Shown piece by piece: positions 1-9,066 of a stretch of 64,000 nt of DNA. The stretch's first letter is position 1, and every line of letters starts with the position of its first letter. The translations under genes and the position numbers were made by a program. The notes beneath the pieces were generated by a model, which saw only the letters and a list, made by a program, of their open reading frames with translations, did not search any database and had not been told where the DNA came from. Source of the DNA: a bacterium (GTDB lineage: Bacteria; Armatimonadota; Zipacnadia; Zipacnadales; UBA11051); NCBI GenBank assembly GCA_021372615.1, contig JAJFUB010000034.1, forward strand, positions 34,927 through 98,926, in the 5' to 3' direction.

Positions 1-1
1 C

Positions 2-532
2 AACGCCGACCAGGTCGCGTACATGAAGCGCTGCGTCGCGGCCTTCTGCGAGGTCTGCGTGCCGGACTTCATGACCTTCGGCGAGGACATGAGCTACAAC
101 CACGGGCCGATGATCGGCAAGGCCCAGTTCGATGAGTTCATGGCGCCCTACTACCGCGAGATCATCCCGGTCCTGCGCGCCCGCGACATCGTGTGCCTCA
201 TTGACAGCGACGGGCAGGTCGAGCCGCTGATCCCCTGGTTCGAGGAAGTCGGCCTGCAGGGCATCCTGCCGCTGGAGCGCATGGCCGGCGTGGACGTGAA
301 CCGCATCCGCCAAAGGCACCCGCAGTGGCGGATGATCGGGGGCTTTGACAAGACGGTCATGCACCTGGGCGAAGCAGCCATCCGGGCGGAGTTCGAGCGC
401 CTCATGCCGGCGGCGCGGGCGGGCTACTTCGTCCCCTCGGTGGATCACCAGACCCCGCCCGGCGTGTCGCTTCAGGACTACCGGCTGTACGTGCGGCTGC
501 TCAAAGACTTCATGGCGGAGGCGTGCCGATGA
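2..532 (+). CDS. URO-D family protein (uroporphyrinogen decarboxylase / MtaA-type methyltransferase fold), C-terminal part; 5' end lies outside the window
   Basis: Reading frame is open to the window edge (NADQVAY precedes the first Met). The translation (MSYNHGPMIGKAQFDEFMAPYYREIIPVL...GGFDKTVMHLGEA...FVPSVDHQTPPGV) resembles the C-terminal half of URO-D-fold proteins. Stop TGA 530-532 overlaps the ATG of the next gene (ATGA). Confidence 0.55.
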   Translation, partial: NADQVAYMKRCVAAFCEVCVPDFMTFGEDMSYNHGPMIGKAQFDEFMAPYYREIIPVLRARDIVCLIDSDGQVEPLIPWFEEVGLQGILPLERMAGVDVNRIRQRHPQWRMIGGFDKTVMHLGEAAIRAEFERLMPAARAGYFVPSVDHQTPPGVSLQDYRLYVRLLKDFMAEACR

Positions 533-1845
533 GCGCACCCATCAACCTGCGGCTACTGTGGACCTGGGATCACTGCATCCAGTGGACGGCGAGCCGCGCC
601 GGCGTGCACGACTGGGGCGCCTCCAACGAGTTCAGCGGCGACGCCGAGGACTTCGTGCGCGAGTGCAGCCTGATGCTGCGCTGGTGCGGGGCCCACGGGA
701 TCGAGGGGGTGGTCGTGTGGGGGCTCTTGCGCGACCAGCACGGCGGGGTGGACGCCGCGCGGCGGCTGTGCGACGTGGCCGCCGAGGCCGGCGTGAAGCT
801 GCTGGCCGGGGTGGGGCTCAATGCCTATGGCGGCGTGTACTATGACGGCGACTCGCCGTGGTCGCTGGACCGCCACCTGGAAGCCCACCCGGAGCTGCGC
901 GCCGTCAACGCGGCGGGCGAGCCGCATATCCTGCGGCCGGGACGCTTCATGCCGCGCCCGATGGACCATGCCTGCCCGTCGCGGCCCGAGAACATGGCCT
1001 ACTGCTGCGACGGGCTGCGCTGGCTGATGGAGACGGTGCCGCTGGCCGGCGTGCAGGTCGAGGCCGGCGACACGGGCGTGTGCCACTGCCCGCTGTGCCG
1101 CGCGCGGCGGCAGCACCCCGTGTCCTACCTGTCGTGGGAAGACATGGCGCTCATGTACGCCCCGGCGGCCGAGGCGGTCTTGTCCGTCCGTCCGGACGCG
1201 CTGGTGGTGCTGGAGACGTACTCCAACCCCACGCCGCATGAGGGCGAGGACGCCCCCGGCTTTGGCGGCGGCCTGCCCCACTGGGCCCCGGAGTGCATCG
1301 CGGAGTTCCCACGCGGGGGCCACATCCAGTGGGTCTGCGACGAGTACATCCCGCCGCGCAAGCAGCATGAGTGGACTGACGCCGGTACGGCCCCGGCAGG
1401 CTTTGCCGGCCACATCATGCGCTGCCACCTGGCGACGTGGTGGCGGGGCCGCGGCGAGGAAGTGGCGGCGGACTGGCTCGCCGTCATGGCGCAGCGGTGC
1501 ATCGCGACCGGCTTCAGCGGGACCTCCATGTTCGGCGAGAAGTCGGCCTTCCGCGCCGGCAGCGAACTGAACTATCTGGCGCTGGCCGACTATGGCTCGG
1601 CGGCCAATCCCGAGGCCGATCTGGACTCGTTCCTGGATCGGGTGGCGGGGCCATTGCTGGGCGGGGCGGAGCAGGCCCGGGAGTACCTGCGACTGGCGCG
1701 GCTGGTTGACGCGCCGGACGATTTGGCGCGCGCCATCGAGGCAGCGCAGCGACACGCCGCGCAGCTCGCCGGACGCCCGGCCGAGCGCTGGACGTGGCTG
1801 GCGTGGTATCTGAGCCGCTTCCGCCACGATCGTGACGAGCTGTGA
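529..1845 (+). CDS. Hypothetical protein with a Cys cluster (GVCHCPLCRARR) reminiscent of GH42/GHL10-type zinc-site motifs
   Basis: ATG 529 overlaps the upstream stop (ATGA coupling). Coding-like amino-acid composition over 438 aa. A CxCxxC motif follows a hydrophobic strand, as in CDS 6889-8874 and 46413-49148. The antisense ORF 553-1827 was rejected. Confidence 0.4.
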   Translation: MSAPINLRLLWTWDHCIQWTASRAGVHDWGASNEFSGDAEDFVRECSLMLRWCGAHGIEGVVVWGLLRDQHGGVDAARRLCDVAAEAGVKLLAGVGLNAYGGVYYDGDSPWSLDRHLEAHPELRAVNAAGEPHILRPGRFMPRPMDHACPSRPENMAYCCDGLRWLMETVPLAGVQVEAGDTGVCHCPLCRARRQHPVSYLSWEDMALMYAPAAEAVLSVRPDALVVLETYSNPTPHEGEDAPGFGGGLPHWAPECIAEFPRGGHIQWVCDEYIPPRKQHEWTDAGTAPAGFAGHIMRCHLATWWRGRGEEVAADWLAVMAQRCIATGFSGTSMFGEKSAFRAGSELNYLALADYGSAANPEADLDSFLDRVAGPLLGGAEQAREYLRLARLVDAPDDLARAIEAAQRHAAQLAGRPAERWTWLAWYLSRFRHDRDEL

Positions 1846-1946
1846 GAACGACGCCGTCTGGCCACAGCACAGGGGAAAGGGAAGAATGAGAGCCGGAGCG
1901 GGCAGCCGTTGCCCGGGCTGTCCGGCGCGGGACTCATCGCATCAAC

Positions 1947-3158
1947 ATGACTGAAGCTGCTTTGCAGTGGCCACGGCCGCCGGCCGGGCTCACGAATACG
2001 CCGGCGGCGCTGGCCGAGGTGTGCAATCACCTGGCTGCCGCGCGGGTGTTCGCCTTTGACACGGAGTTCCTGTCGGGGCGCACCTACCGGACGCGCCTGT
2101 GCCTGGTGCAGGTCGCGACCGACGAGCGGGTAGAGCTGATTGACCCGCTTTCCCTGCGCGATCTTGGGCCGCTGTGGGAGCTGCTGGCCGACCCGGCGGT
2201 CGAGAAGATCTGCCACGCGGGCGCGCAGGACCTGGCCGTGATCTGGCGAGCCGGGGGCCTGGCGCCGCAGCACGTGTTCGACTGCCAGATTGCGGCGGCG
2301 CTGGTCGGGATCGGCTATGAGATCGGCGTCCCGCAACTGGTTGAGATGGTGGCGGGCGTCCGGCTTTCCAAGGCGGACCAGTACTCGAACTGGGCGCGGC
2401 GGCCGCTTTCGGCCTCGCAGCTTGCCTACGCCGCCAACGATGTGCGCTATCTGCCGGCCGCGCACCGCCTGCTGCTGGAGCAGGTGCAGGCGAAGGGGCG
2501 CATGGCCTGGGTGCGCGACGCCTGCCGCGAGGCGTGCGAACGGGCCGCCCCCGACGGGGAGTTGGCGGCGACCTACACCCGCACGGGCCTGAAGTGGCGG
2601 CTGGAGCCCGAGCAACTGTCGGTGCTGTGGGAGTTGCTGCAATGGCGCGAGGCCCTGGCGGAGCAGCTCAACAGCGCACCCGGCAGCCTGCTCAAGGACG
2701 ACATGCTGGCGAGGCTGGCCGAGCGGTCGCCGGAGACGAAGCCTGAGCTTCGGCGCCTCAAGAGCATGACCGATGACGTCGTCGCGCGGTACGGTGACGA
2801 CCTGCTGCGCGCGGTCGGCCGCGGGAAGCAACTGCCGCCGGCGCGCCTGCCAGCTCTTCCACCGCCGGCGCCAGACACCGCCGAGACGCGGCGACTCATG
2901 GATGTCATCAAGGCCTCGGTCCAGTTGATCTGCCACGCGCAGCGGGTGTGGCCCAACGCCGTGGTGGATGCCGCCCAACTCGAGGAGTTGGTGCGGCTGC
3001 TCGCCGGCGGCCAGGACGTGTCCGGTCACGGGCTGATGCACGGCTGGCGGCGCGAGTGCCTGGGACAGGCGCTGCTGGACCTGCTGCAAGGCGAATCGCG
3101 CCTGACGCTGCAGGTGACGGACGGGCGGATGCGCGCGGAGTTCGCGCCGGGCACCTGA
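1947..3158 (+). CDS. rnd: Ribonuclease D (DEDDy 3'-5' exonuclease domain + HRDC domain)
   Basis: Translation FAFDTEFLSGRTYRTRLCLVQVAT...CHAGAQDL...DCQIAA...YAANDVRYL shows the exonuclease motifs and a C-terminal HRDC-like region. Length 403 aa fits RNase D. Confidence 0.8.
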   Translation: MTEAALQWPRPPAGLTNTPAALAEVCNHLAAARVFAFDTEFLSGRTYRTRLCLVQVATDERVELIDPLSLRDLGPLWELLADPAVEKICHAGAQDLAVIWRAGGLAPQHVFDCQIAAALVGIGYEIGVPQLVEMVAGVRLSKADQYSNWARRPLSASQLAYAANDVRYLPAAHRLLLEQVQAKGRMAWVRDACREACERAAPDGELAATYTRTGLKWRLEPEQLSVLWELLQWREALAEQLNSAPGSLLKDDMLARLAERSPETKPELRRLKSMTDDVVARYGDDLLRAVGRGKQLPPARLPALPPPAPDTAETRRLMDVIKASVQLICHAQRVWPNAVVDAAQLEELVRLLAGGQDVSGHGLMHGWRRECLGQALLDLLQGESRLTLQVTDGRMRAEFAPGT

Positions 3159-3218
3159 GCGATGGTGTGCCGGGCAAGCTCATGCCGACGGGGGGAGCCG
3201 TAAGACGAGAGCGGGGCA

Positions 3219-3290
3219 GTGGGAGCGGTCACCGACCGCGACCAGGCCGAGACGACAGTCGCAGTCGGTGGCCGCTCCCACCGACCGCGC
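3219..3290. repeat. Imperfect 23-bp-stem hairpin containing the 23-mer GGGAGCGGTCACCGACCGCGACC (3221-3243), shared in inverted orientation with 41592-41614
   Basis: Seen directly: arm tgggagcggtcaccgaccgcgac pairs with gtcgcagtcggtggccgctccca (2 mismatches) in the rnd-pheT intergenic region. Confidence 0.6.
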
Positions 3291-3315
3291 AGTATGACTT
3301 GGAGGCAGCGTTCGC

Positions 3316-5514
3316 ATGCGCGTACCGTATAGCTGGCTGATGGAGTTCCTGCAGGCTGACATCGCGGCGCCCGACTTGGCGCACGTGCTGACGATGGGCG
3401 GGCTCGAAGTGGAGGAGATCCGCGACTGGACCTCCGACGACGGCCAGGCGAGCGACCAGATCCTGGTCACGAAGGTCACCGCCAACCGCGGCGACATGCT
3501 GTCGATCCTGGGCGTGGCGCGGCAGGCCGCAGCGCTGCTGCAGACCACCTACAAGCTGCCCGACATCCCGTCGGACTCCATCACCGATCCGGTCGGCGGG
3601 GGGCTGCAGGCGAGCGACGGCCGCGTGACGATCGAGCTGGCCGATCCGGTCGGCTGCCCGCGCTACTCGGGGCTGCTGCTGGAGGGCATCAAACTGGCGC
3701 CCTCGCCCGCGTGGCTGTCCCACCGCCTCGAAGCCGCTGGCATGAGGCCGCTGATCAATGTCGTGGACTGCACCAACTATGTGATGCTGGAGCTGGGCCA
3801 GCCGCTGCACGCCTTCGACTTCAAGCTGCTGCGCCGGGGCCACATCATCGTCCGCCGCGCCACCGAGGGCGAGCAGATCCTGACCCTCGATCGCCAGTGG
3901 CGGACGCTGACGGCCGAGGACCTGCTCATCACCGACCCCTCGGGCCCGGCGGCGCTGGCGGGCGTCATGGGCGGAGCGGACACCGAGATCAACGACAAGT
4001 CCACGACCGTCCTGATCGAGAGCGCGCACTTCGACCCCACCACCATCCGCAAGACGTCCCTGCGCCTCGGCCTGTCCAGCGAGGCCAGCTACCGCTTCGA
4101 GCGGCACGTGGACCCCAACGGGACGCTGCGCGCCGTCGCCCGGGTGACCCAGCTTATCCGGCAGACCGCCGGCGGGGAGATCATCGGCAAGGCCCTCGAC
4201 GCCCGGGCCGAGGACTTCGCACCCCGGCCGATCACACTCAGGCCCGAGCGCTGCAACGCCATCCTGGGCACGAGCCTGACCGCCGAGGACATGTCCCGCT
4301 GCCTGAAGGCGATTGACTTCGGCGTCGAGGCCACGGGTGCCGCGTCGTGTGCGGCGGGGCCCGTGGCCGGGGCGGCGCAAGCAGCGGCGGGGCCCGGCGC
4401 ACACGACGCGCCACCCGCCGCCTTGACAGTGCGGGTCCCGCGCCTGCGCTGGGACATCGAGCGCGAGATTGACCTCATCGAGGAAGTCGCGATCATCTAC
4501 GGGTATGACAACCTGCCGATGACCGTGCCGGGCAAGCTGGCCCAGAGCGGGCTGTTCACGCGACGGCAGAAGCTGACACGTCAGGTGGGTGCGGTGCTGC
4601 GCGAGTGCGGCCTGAACGAGAGCTTCAGCTTCTCGGTGTCGTGCCCGGCCGATCTGGACCGCCTGGGCTTCGGCCCCGACGCCTCCGAGCGCACGATGCT
4701 GCCGCTGTCGAACCCGATGATTGACACACAGTCGCACATGCGCACGACACTGCTGCCCGCGATGCTGGAGGCAGCCGAGAACAACGTCCGCCAGCGCGTG
4801 ACGGATGTGGCCCTGTATGAGACCAACAAGGTCTTCGTGCCCGTGACCGGCGAGCCCCTCCCGCAGGAGCCGCAGCGCGTCGCCGGGATCATCATGGGCT
4901 CGGTGCTGACCGCCGACTGGAACGCCTCCGAGGAGCTGAAGCACCCGGACTTCTTCCTGGTCAAGGGGATCGTCGAGCAGGTCTGCGACAGCCTGGGCCT
5001 CACGGACGTGAGCTTCGCGCGCACCCAGCACCCCACGTTCCATCCCGGCCGTTGCGCGGCGCTGGTCATCGGCGGCCAGGCGGCAGGCGTGCTCGGCGAA
5101 GTTGCCGCGAGTGTGCAGGCGGCGTACGACCTGCCCGACCGCGCCTATGCCTTCGAGCTGGACCTGGAGGCCCTGCTGGCCGGGGCCTGCGACTTCAAGC
5201 CCTATGCTCCGCTGCCGCGCTTCCCGGCGGTGGGTCGCGACCTGGCGCTGGTGCTGCCCGATGACGACGCCCACACGGCGGCGCGGCTGGAGGAGATCAT
5301 CCGGGCGGCGGGCGGGGAGATGCTGCAGACGGTCGCGCCCTTCGACCTGTTCATGGACGCCCAGCGCCTGGGCGCGGGCGTCAAGAGCCTGGCGTTCAGT
5401 CTGGAGTTCCGCGCGCCGGACCGCACGCTGACGGACGACGAAGTGGACGCCGCCATGGCCGCCATCCGCGAGCGCGTGGCGACCGAGGCCGGAGCGAAGG
5501 TGCGGGACAGCTAG
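3316..5514 (+). CDS. pheT: Phenylalanine--tRNA ligase beta subunit (short form lacking N-terminal tRNA-binding domain)
   Basis: Translation MRVPYSWLMEFL... shows B3/4 and B5 domain motifs and a C-terminal FDX-ACB-like region typical of PheT; 732 aa. The antisense ORF 3229-5874 was rejected. Confidence 0.85.
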   Translation: MRVPYSWLMEFLQADIAAPDLAHVLTMGGLEVEEIRDWTSDDGQASDQILVTKVTANRGDMLSILGVARQAAALLQTTYKLPDIPSDSITDPVGGGLQASDGRVTIELADPVGCPRYSGLLLEGIKLAPSPAWLSHRLEAAGMRPLINVVDCTNYVMLELGQPLHAFDFKLLRRGHIIVRRATEGEQILTLDRQWRTLTAEDLLITDPSGPAALAGVMGGADTEINDKSTTVLIESAHFDPTTIRKTSLRLGLSSEASYRFERHVDPNGTLRAVARVTQLIRQTAGGEIIGKALDARAEDFAPRPITLRPERCNAILGTSLTAEDMSRCLKAIDFGVEATGAASCAAGPVAGAAQAAAGPGAHDAPPAALTVRVPRLRWDIEREIDLIEEVAIIYGYDNLPMTVPGKLAQSGLFTRRQKLTRQVGAVLRECGLNESFSFSVSCPADLDRLGFGPDASERTMLPLSNPMIDTQSHMRTTLLPAMLEAAENNVRQRVTDVALYETNKVFVPVTGEPLPQEPQRVAGIIMGSVLTADWNASEELKHPDFFLVKGIVEQVCDSLGLTDVSFARTQHPTFHPGRCAALVIGGQAAGVLGEVAASVQAAYDLPDRAYAFELDLEALLAGACDFKPYAPLPRFPAVGRDLALVLPDDDAHTAARLEEIIRAAGGEMLQTVAPFDLFMDAQRLGAGVKSLAFSLEFRAPDRTLTDDEVDAAMAAIRERVATEAGAKVRDS

Positions 5515-5574
5515 GGGGCAGGTTACGGGTTGCCGGAGCCGTTGCCGTCGGCCCCGAAGCGGCCCGCGTACGTA

Positions 5575-5594
5575 GCCACGGGCGTGAGCCCGTG
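5575..5594 (+). terminator. GC-rich hairpin downstream of pheT (ccacgggc-gtga-gcccgtgg)
   Basis: Perfect 8-bp inverted repeat with a 4-nt loop, about 60 nt after the pheT stop. No U-tract is present, which is common in high-GC genomes. Confidence 0.4.
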
Positions 5595-5719
5595 GACTCC
5601 CGGCCCTCCTCCTTTCCTCCTTCCCCTCTCCCCCGGCAGGTGCCACCCCGCCCCGTGGGGAACCGCGAACCATTGGATTCCACTGCCGCCCTGGCGGCCA
5701 TGATGAGGAGGGCCTTCGT

Positions 5720-6763
5720 ATGGCCAAGAAGCTACGTGTTGGTGTCATTGGTTCCGGTGCGATCTTCACCGGCGCCCATCTGCCCGGCTGGAAGGCGCTG
5801 AACGACGTTGAGATCGTCGCCATCGCCGACATCAAGAAGCCATCGCAGGAGACGGCCGCGGCCGCCATCGGCAACCCTGACCTGAAGATCTACGATGACT
5901 ACAAGAAGATGCTCAAAGAGATGCAGTTCGACATCGTGGACGTCTGCACCCCGAACTGCTTCCACTGCGCCCCGACCATCGCTGCCTTCGAGGCCGGCGC
6001 CCATGTCATCACCGAGAAGCCGTGCGCGACGTCTGTCGCGGAAGTCGAGAAGATGATCGCCGCCGGCAAGAAGGCCGGGACCTTGTTCATGGTCGCCCAG
6101 TCGCTGCGCTTCTCCGACGCGCACCTGGCTATGAAGCGCTGGGTGGAGGCCGGGCTCATCGGCGAAGTGTACTACGGCCGCCTGAGCCTCCTGCGCCCGC
6201 GCGGCGTGCCCTCCTGGGGTGACTTCATCGTCAAGGAGATGTCCGCCGGCGGCCCGTGCTATGACCTCGCGGTGCATATCCTCGATCTCGCGCTGTACCT
6301 GATGGGCCACCCCGAGCCCGTGTCGGTCTCGGCCAACTACTGGCTCAAGCTGTCCAACAAGCCCTCGGTCATGAAGCACGATCCGAAGCGCTACACCGTG
6401 CCCGACGAGTTGGCCGCCGGCTTCATCCGCTTCGCCAACGGCGCCAGCCTGGCGCTGGAGACGAGCTGGGCCGTCAACGCCCCGGAGGGCACGTACAACG
6501 TGTTCCTCGCCGGCGACAAGGGCGGCATGCAGAACAGCCCGCTGACGCTGGTGCGCGAGGAGGCCGGGTTGCTGACCAACACCACGGTGCAGGTCAACCC
6601 CGATGCGGGCGTCAAGCCCCACAGCGAGGAGATCCGCCGCTTCGTCGAGGCCGTCCGCAAGGGCCTCCCGTCGCCCGTGCCCGGCGAGCAGGCGCTCATG
6701 ACCCAGCGCATCCTCGACGGCATCTACAAGTCCGCCGAGAAGGGCAAGGAAGTCAAGGTGTAG
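5720..6763 (+). CDS. Gfo/Idh/MocA family NAD(P)-dependent oxidoreductase
   Basis: N-terminal Rossmann motif LRVGVIGSGAIFTGAHLP, an EKP motif (HVITEKP) and a C-terminal alpha/beta domain. The antisense ORF 5732-6790 was rejected. Confidence 0.8.
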   Translation: MAKKLRVGVIGSGAIFTGAHLPGWKALNDVEIVAIADIKKPSQETAAAAIGNPDLKIYDDYKKMLKEMQFDIVDVCTPNCFHCAPTIAAFEAGAHVITEKPCATSVAEVEKMIAAGKKAGTLFMVAQSLRFSDAHLAMKRWVEAGLIGEVYYGRLSLLRPRGVPSWGDFIVKEMSAGGPCYDLAVHILDLALYLMGHPEPVSVSANYWLKLSNKPSVMKHDPKRYTVPDELAAGFIRFANGASLALETSWAVNAPEGTYNVFLAGDKGGMQNSPLTLVREEAGLLTNTTVQVNPDAGVKPHSEEIRRFVEAVRKGLPSPVPGEQALMTQRILDGIYKSAEKGKEVKV

Positions 6764-6771
6764 GCGGGAGC

Positions 6772-6794
6772 GGCAAGTGGCAAGTGGCAAGTGG
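6772..6794. repeat. Tandem heptamer repeat (GGCAAGT x3)
   Basis: ggcaagtggcaagtggcaagtgg lies 9 nt after the stop of the Gfo gene. More caagg copies occur within the last codons of that gene. Confidence 0.6.
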
Positions 6795-6888
6795 CGGGCG
6801 GGACGCCGTTGCCGTAGCCGTCACCTCGGGGCCGCCGGCAGATGCTGGCGGCCCCGTATGCCAATCGGTCATGCCAGGAGGCAGTCCC

Positions 6889-8874
6889 ATGCGCGTCATG
6901 CTGCTGTTGTTGCCGGTGGTGCTCGCCAGCGCCGCCCATGCTCAGCCCGAGATGGTCTTCGGCAAGCTGCGCTACGCCATCTGCGGCGTGGGCGACAGGG
7001 AGACCATTCTCCGCAACCACATCAACCTGGCCCATCTGCACTGCCCGGCCAGCGGCGGGGCGTACAACGGCTTGCCCGCGCGCACCGAGTTCGACCGGCA
7101 GATGGCCGACTGGAAGAAGGGCGCCGACGCCCTGCGCGAGGCGGGAGTACACCCCATCACGTACATCGCCCCGGACATGTGGTACGGCGACCCCGAGAAG
7201 CGCACGCTGATCTTCGACTTCTACGACCAGCGCTGGGGGCAGTACGAGGACTTCCTGGGGCCCCGGCCCGCCGACCCCCTGGCCTGGGCGCAGCTCAAGC
7301 CCGACGGCACGCCCATCCCCTATGTGTACCACGACCAGAAGGGCTTCTACTGGTGCACGAACCAGCCCGCCTGCCGCCAGTACGTGCAGGGCGTCATCAA
7401 GATGCACGTGCAGTACGGCTCGCACGGCGTCTTCTTCGATGGCCCGTGCAACCATGGCTGCTACTGCCAGGAGTGCCAGAAACAGTTCCGCGAGTTCCTG
7501 CGCACGCAGTACCCCGACGCCGTCCGTGAGCGCCTCCTCAGCGGCGCGAAGCTCGACGAGGTCAAGCTCCCCACCGACAAGTCGAACCTGCCGCTGTGGG
7601 CGGCGCTGCGGCGGTTCCGCTGCGAGTCGCTGGCCCGGTTCCTGCACGACATGCGCGCCTGGGGGCGCAGCCTGTGCCCGGACTTTGTCCTGACCAACAA
7701 CTACTGCATGTGGGCCGGCGACGCCGGGGGCATGGTGGGCATCGGCGAGCACCCGGAGCTGTACGCCCGCGAGGTGGACATTCTCTTTGACGAGGCGGCC
7801 TACGGCGGCGGCTCGGTCATGCAAGACGACGGCACCCGCCTGTCGAACGGGTTCCACTATGACTACCTCGTCGCCGCGGCCGCGAGCAAGCCTGCCGTCT
7901 GCACATACCTGGGCGTCAAGGACGCACCCGCCGAGGCCAAGGGCAACCTGGCGTCGCTGGAGATCGCCGAGTCATGGGCCAGCCAGTGTGGCAAGATGCA
8001 GCAGACGTTCCGCGACCAGCCTATCGTGGACGCCTTCACGCAAGCGGGGGAATTCCAGGTCAGGAACCCGGAGCTGTTCACCCCGGCCAAGCCGCTGGCC
8101 GATGTGGGCGTGTGGGTGTCGCTGCAGCAGTCTGTCGTGGGCAGCCCCACCTACGGTCTGGCCATGCCGCGCCTGCTGTCCGACGCCGGGATCGCCTGCC
8201 GCATCCTGACCGATGGCGACGTCACGGCGGCCGGATTGAAGGGGCTGCGGTGCCTGGTCGTACCGGGTGTGGCGGCGGCGACCGAGGCGCAACTGGTGGC
8301 GCTGCGAGAGTTCGCGAAGAGCGGCGGCGGGCTGGTGGCCGTCGGCCCCACTGGGACGCTCGACGAGCACGCCCTGCCACGCGCGGCCGAGGCCGCACAG
8401 CCCTTCGGGGCCGGGCCCGAGACGGGGCAGACGCAGACGGAGGTCGGGAAGGGGCGGCTGGCGTGGCTGAGCAGTCGCGAGATCAGCGGTCTGCCCGGCT
8501 ACGCCCGCACGGCGGTGTCACCAGAGATCGGGAGCAAGGTCGCCGCCGCGGTGCGCTGGGCCGGACGCGAGCAACTGCTCCTGGCGCAGGCTCCGCCGCA
8601 GCCCTGTGAGATCCGCCTGTTCAGCGTCGCGCCGGACCGCTGGCGGATCTATCTCGTGAACTATGGCGTGACGAAGGCCGGGGCTGTCAACGCCATGCAA
8701 GACATGAGCTTCGCGCTGCGTCTGCCGGGGAAGATGAAGGTCGTTTCGGCGAAGGCGGACAGCACGGACTACGCCACGCCCCAGAACTTGGCCGTGACGC
8801 AGCAGGCGGGCGAGGCGACGCTGAAGCTCGGGACACTGCACATCTGGGCGGTGGTGGATGTGAAGCTGAAGTAG
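6889..8874 (+). CDS. Secreted GH42-like glycoside hydrolase (putative) with CYCQECQ zinc-site-like motif and C-terminal GH42-trimerisation-like (class I glutamine amidotransferase-like) domain
   Basis: ATG 6889 is preceded by AGGAGG and encodes a signal peptide MRVMLLLLPVVLASAAHA. The motif GVFFDGPCNHGCYCQECQKQFREFL resembles the GH42 Cys cluster. The segment VGVWVSLQQ...LRCLVVPG...FAKSGGGLVAVGPTG resembles the GH42 middle domain. The upstream in-frame extension from 6784 was rejected. Confidence 0.45.
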   Translation: MRVMLLLLPVVLASAAHAQPEMVFGKLRYAICGVGDRETILRNHINLAHLHCPASGGAYNGLPARTEFDRQMADWKKGADALREAGVHPITYIAPDMWYGDPEKRTLIFDFYDQRWGQYEDFLGPRPADPLAWAQLKPDGTPIPYVYHDQKGFYWCTNQPACRQYVQGVIKMHVQYGSHGVFFDGPCNHGCYCQECQKQFREFLRTQYPDAVRERLLSGAKLDEVKLPTDKSNLPLWAALRRFRCESLARFLHDMRAWGRSLCPDFVLTNNYCMWAGDAGGMVGIGEHPELYAREVDILFDEAAYGGGSVMQDDGTRLSNGFHYDYLVAAAASKPAVCTYLGVKDAPAEAKGNLASLEIAESWASQCGKMQQTFRDQPIVDAFTQAGEFQVRNPELFTPAKPLADVGVWVSLQQSVVGSPTYGLAMPRLLSDAGIACRILTDGDVTAAGLKGLRCLVVPGVAAATEAQLVALREFAKSGGGLVAVGPTGTLDEHALPRAAEAAQPFGAGPETGQTQTEVGKGRLAWLSSREISGLPGYARTAVSPEIGSKVAAAVRWAGREQLLLAQAPPQPCEIRLFSVAPDRWRIYLVNYGVTKAGAVNAMQDMSFALRLPGKMKVVSAKADSTDYATPQNLAVTQQAGEATLKLGTLHIWAVVDVKLK

Positions 8875-8895
8875 GACGATGGCCGGGGCGTCGTT

Positions 8896-8925
8896 GGAGG
8901 GGCCGGCTATCAGCCGGGCCGCCGT
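8896..8925. repeat. 30-nt palindromic repeat ggaggggccggctatcagccgggccgccgt (second copy 36521-36550)
   Basis: 29/30 identity with the copy inside the sialidase-like CDS. The core ggccggctatcagccggcc is a hairpin (8-bp stem, atc loop). Confidence 0.6.
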
Positions 8926-8965
8926 ACGGTGCTCCCGTTGCTTTGTGACATCCGTCCCCAACGGC

Positions 8966-8986
8966 GGGCCGGATGATATCCGGCCC
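8966..8986 (+). terminator. Perfect hairpin gggccggat-gat-atccggccc downstream of CDS 6889-8874
   Basis: 9-bp perfect stem with a 3-nt loop. No U-tract. Confidence 0.35.
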
Positions 8987-9066
8987 CTCCCAAGGCGACG
9001 GCCGCAGGTTCGCGACAGGCCGCTGCCGAACTGCCGTCTCACAGCAAAGACGCACGGAGGAACACT

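Noticed and set aside
553-1827. 424-aa ORF on the minus strand, fully antisense to CDS 529-1845
   Set aside because: Typical GC-rich antisense artefact. Ala/Arg/Pro/Gly-dominated low-complexity translation with no motifs. The sense-strand gene has translational coupling and coding-like composition.
1590-3089. 499-aa minus-strand ORF antisense to rnd
   Set aside because: Low-complexity Arg/Gln/Leu/Pro-rich translation. rnd on the plus strand has clear exonuclease and HRDC motifs.
3229-5874. 881-aa minus-strand ORF antisense to pheT
   Set aside because: pheT on the plus strand is unambiguous. The antisense translation is low complexity (runs of R, G, A, P).
6784-6888. In-frame N-terminal extension of the GH42-like gene (track start 6784)
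   Set aside because: ATG 6889 has a perfect AGGAGG RBS and begins a canonical signal peptide. The extension, MASGGRDAVAVAVTSGPPADAGG, is not signal-like.
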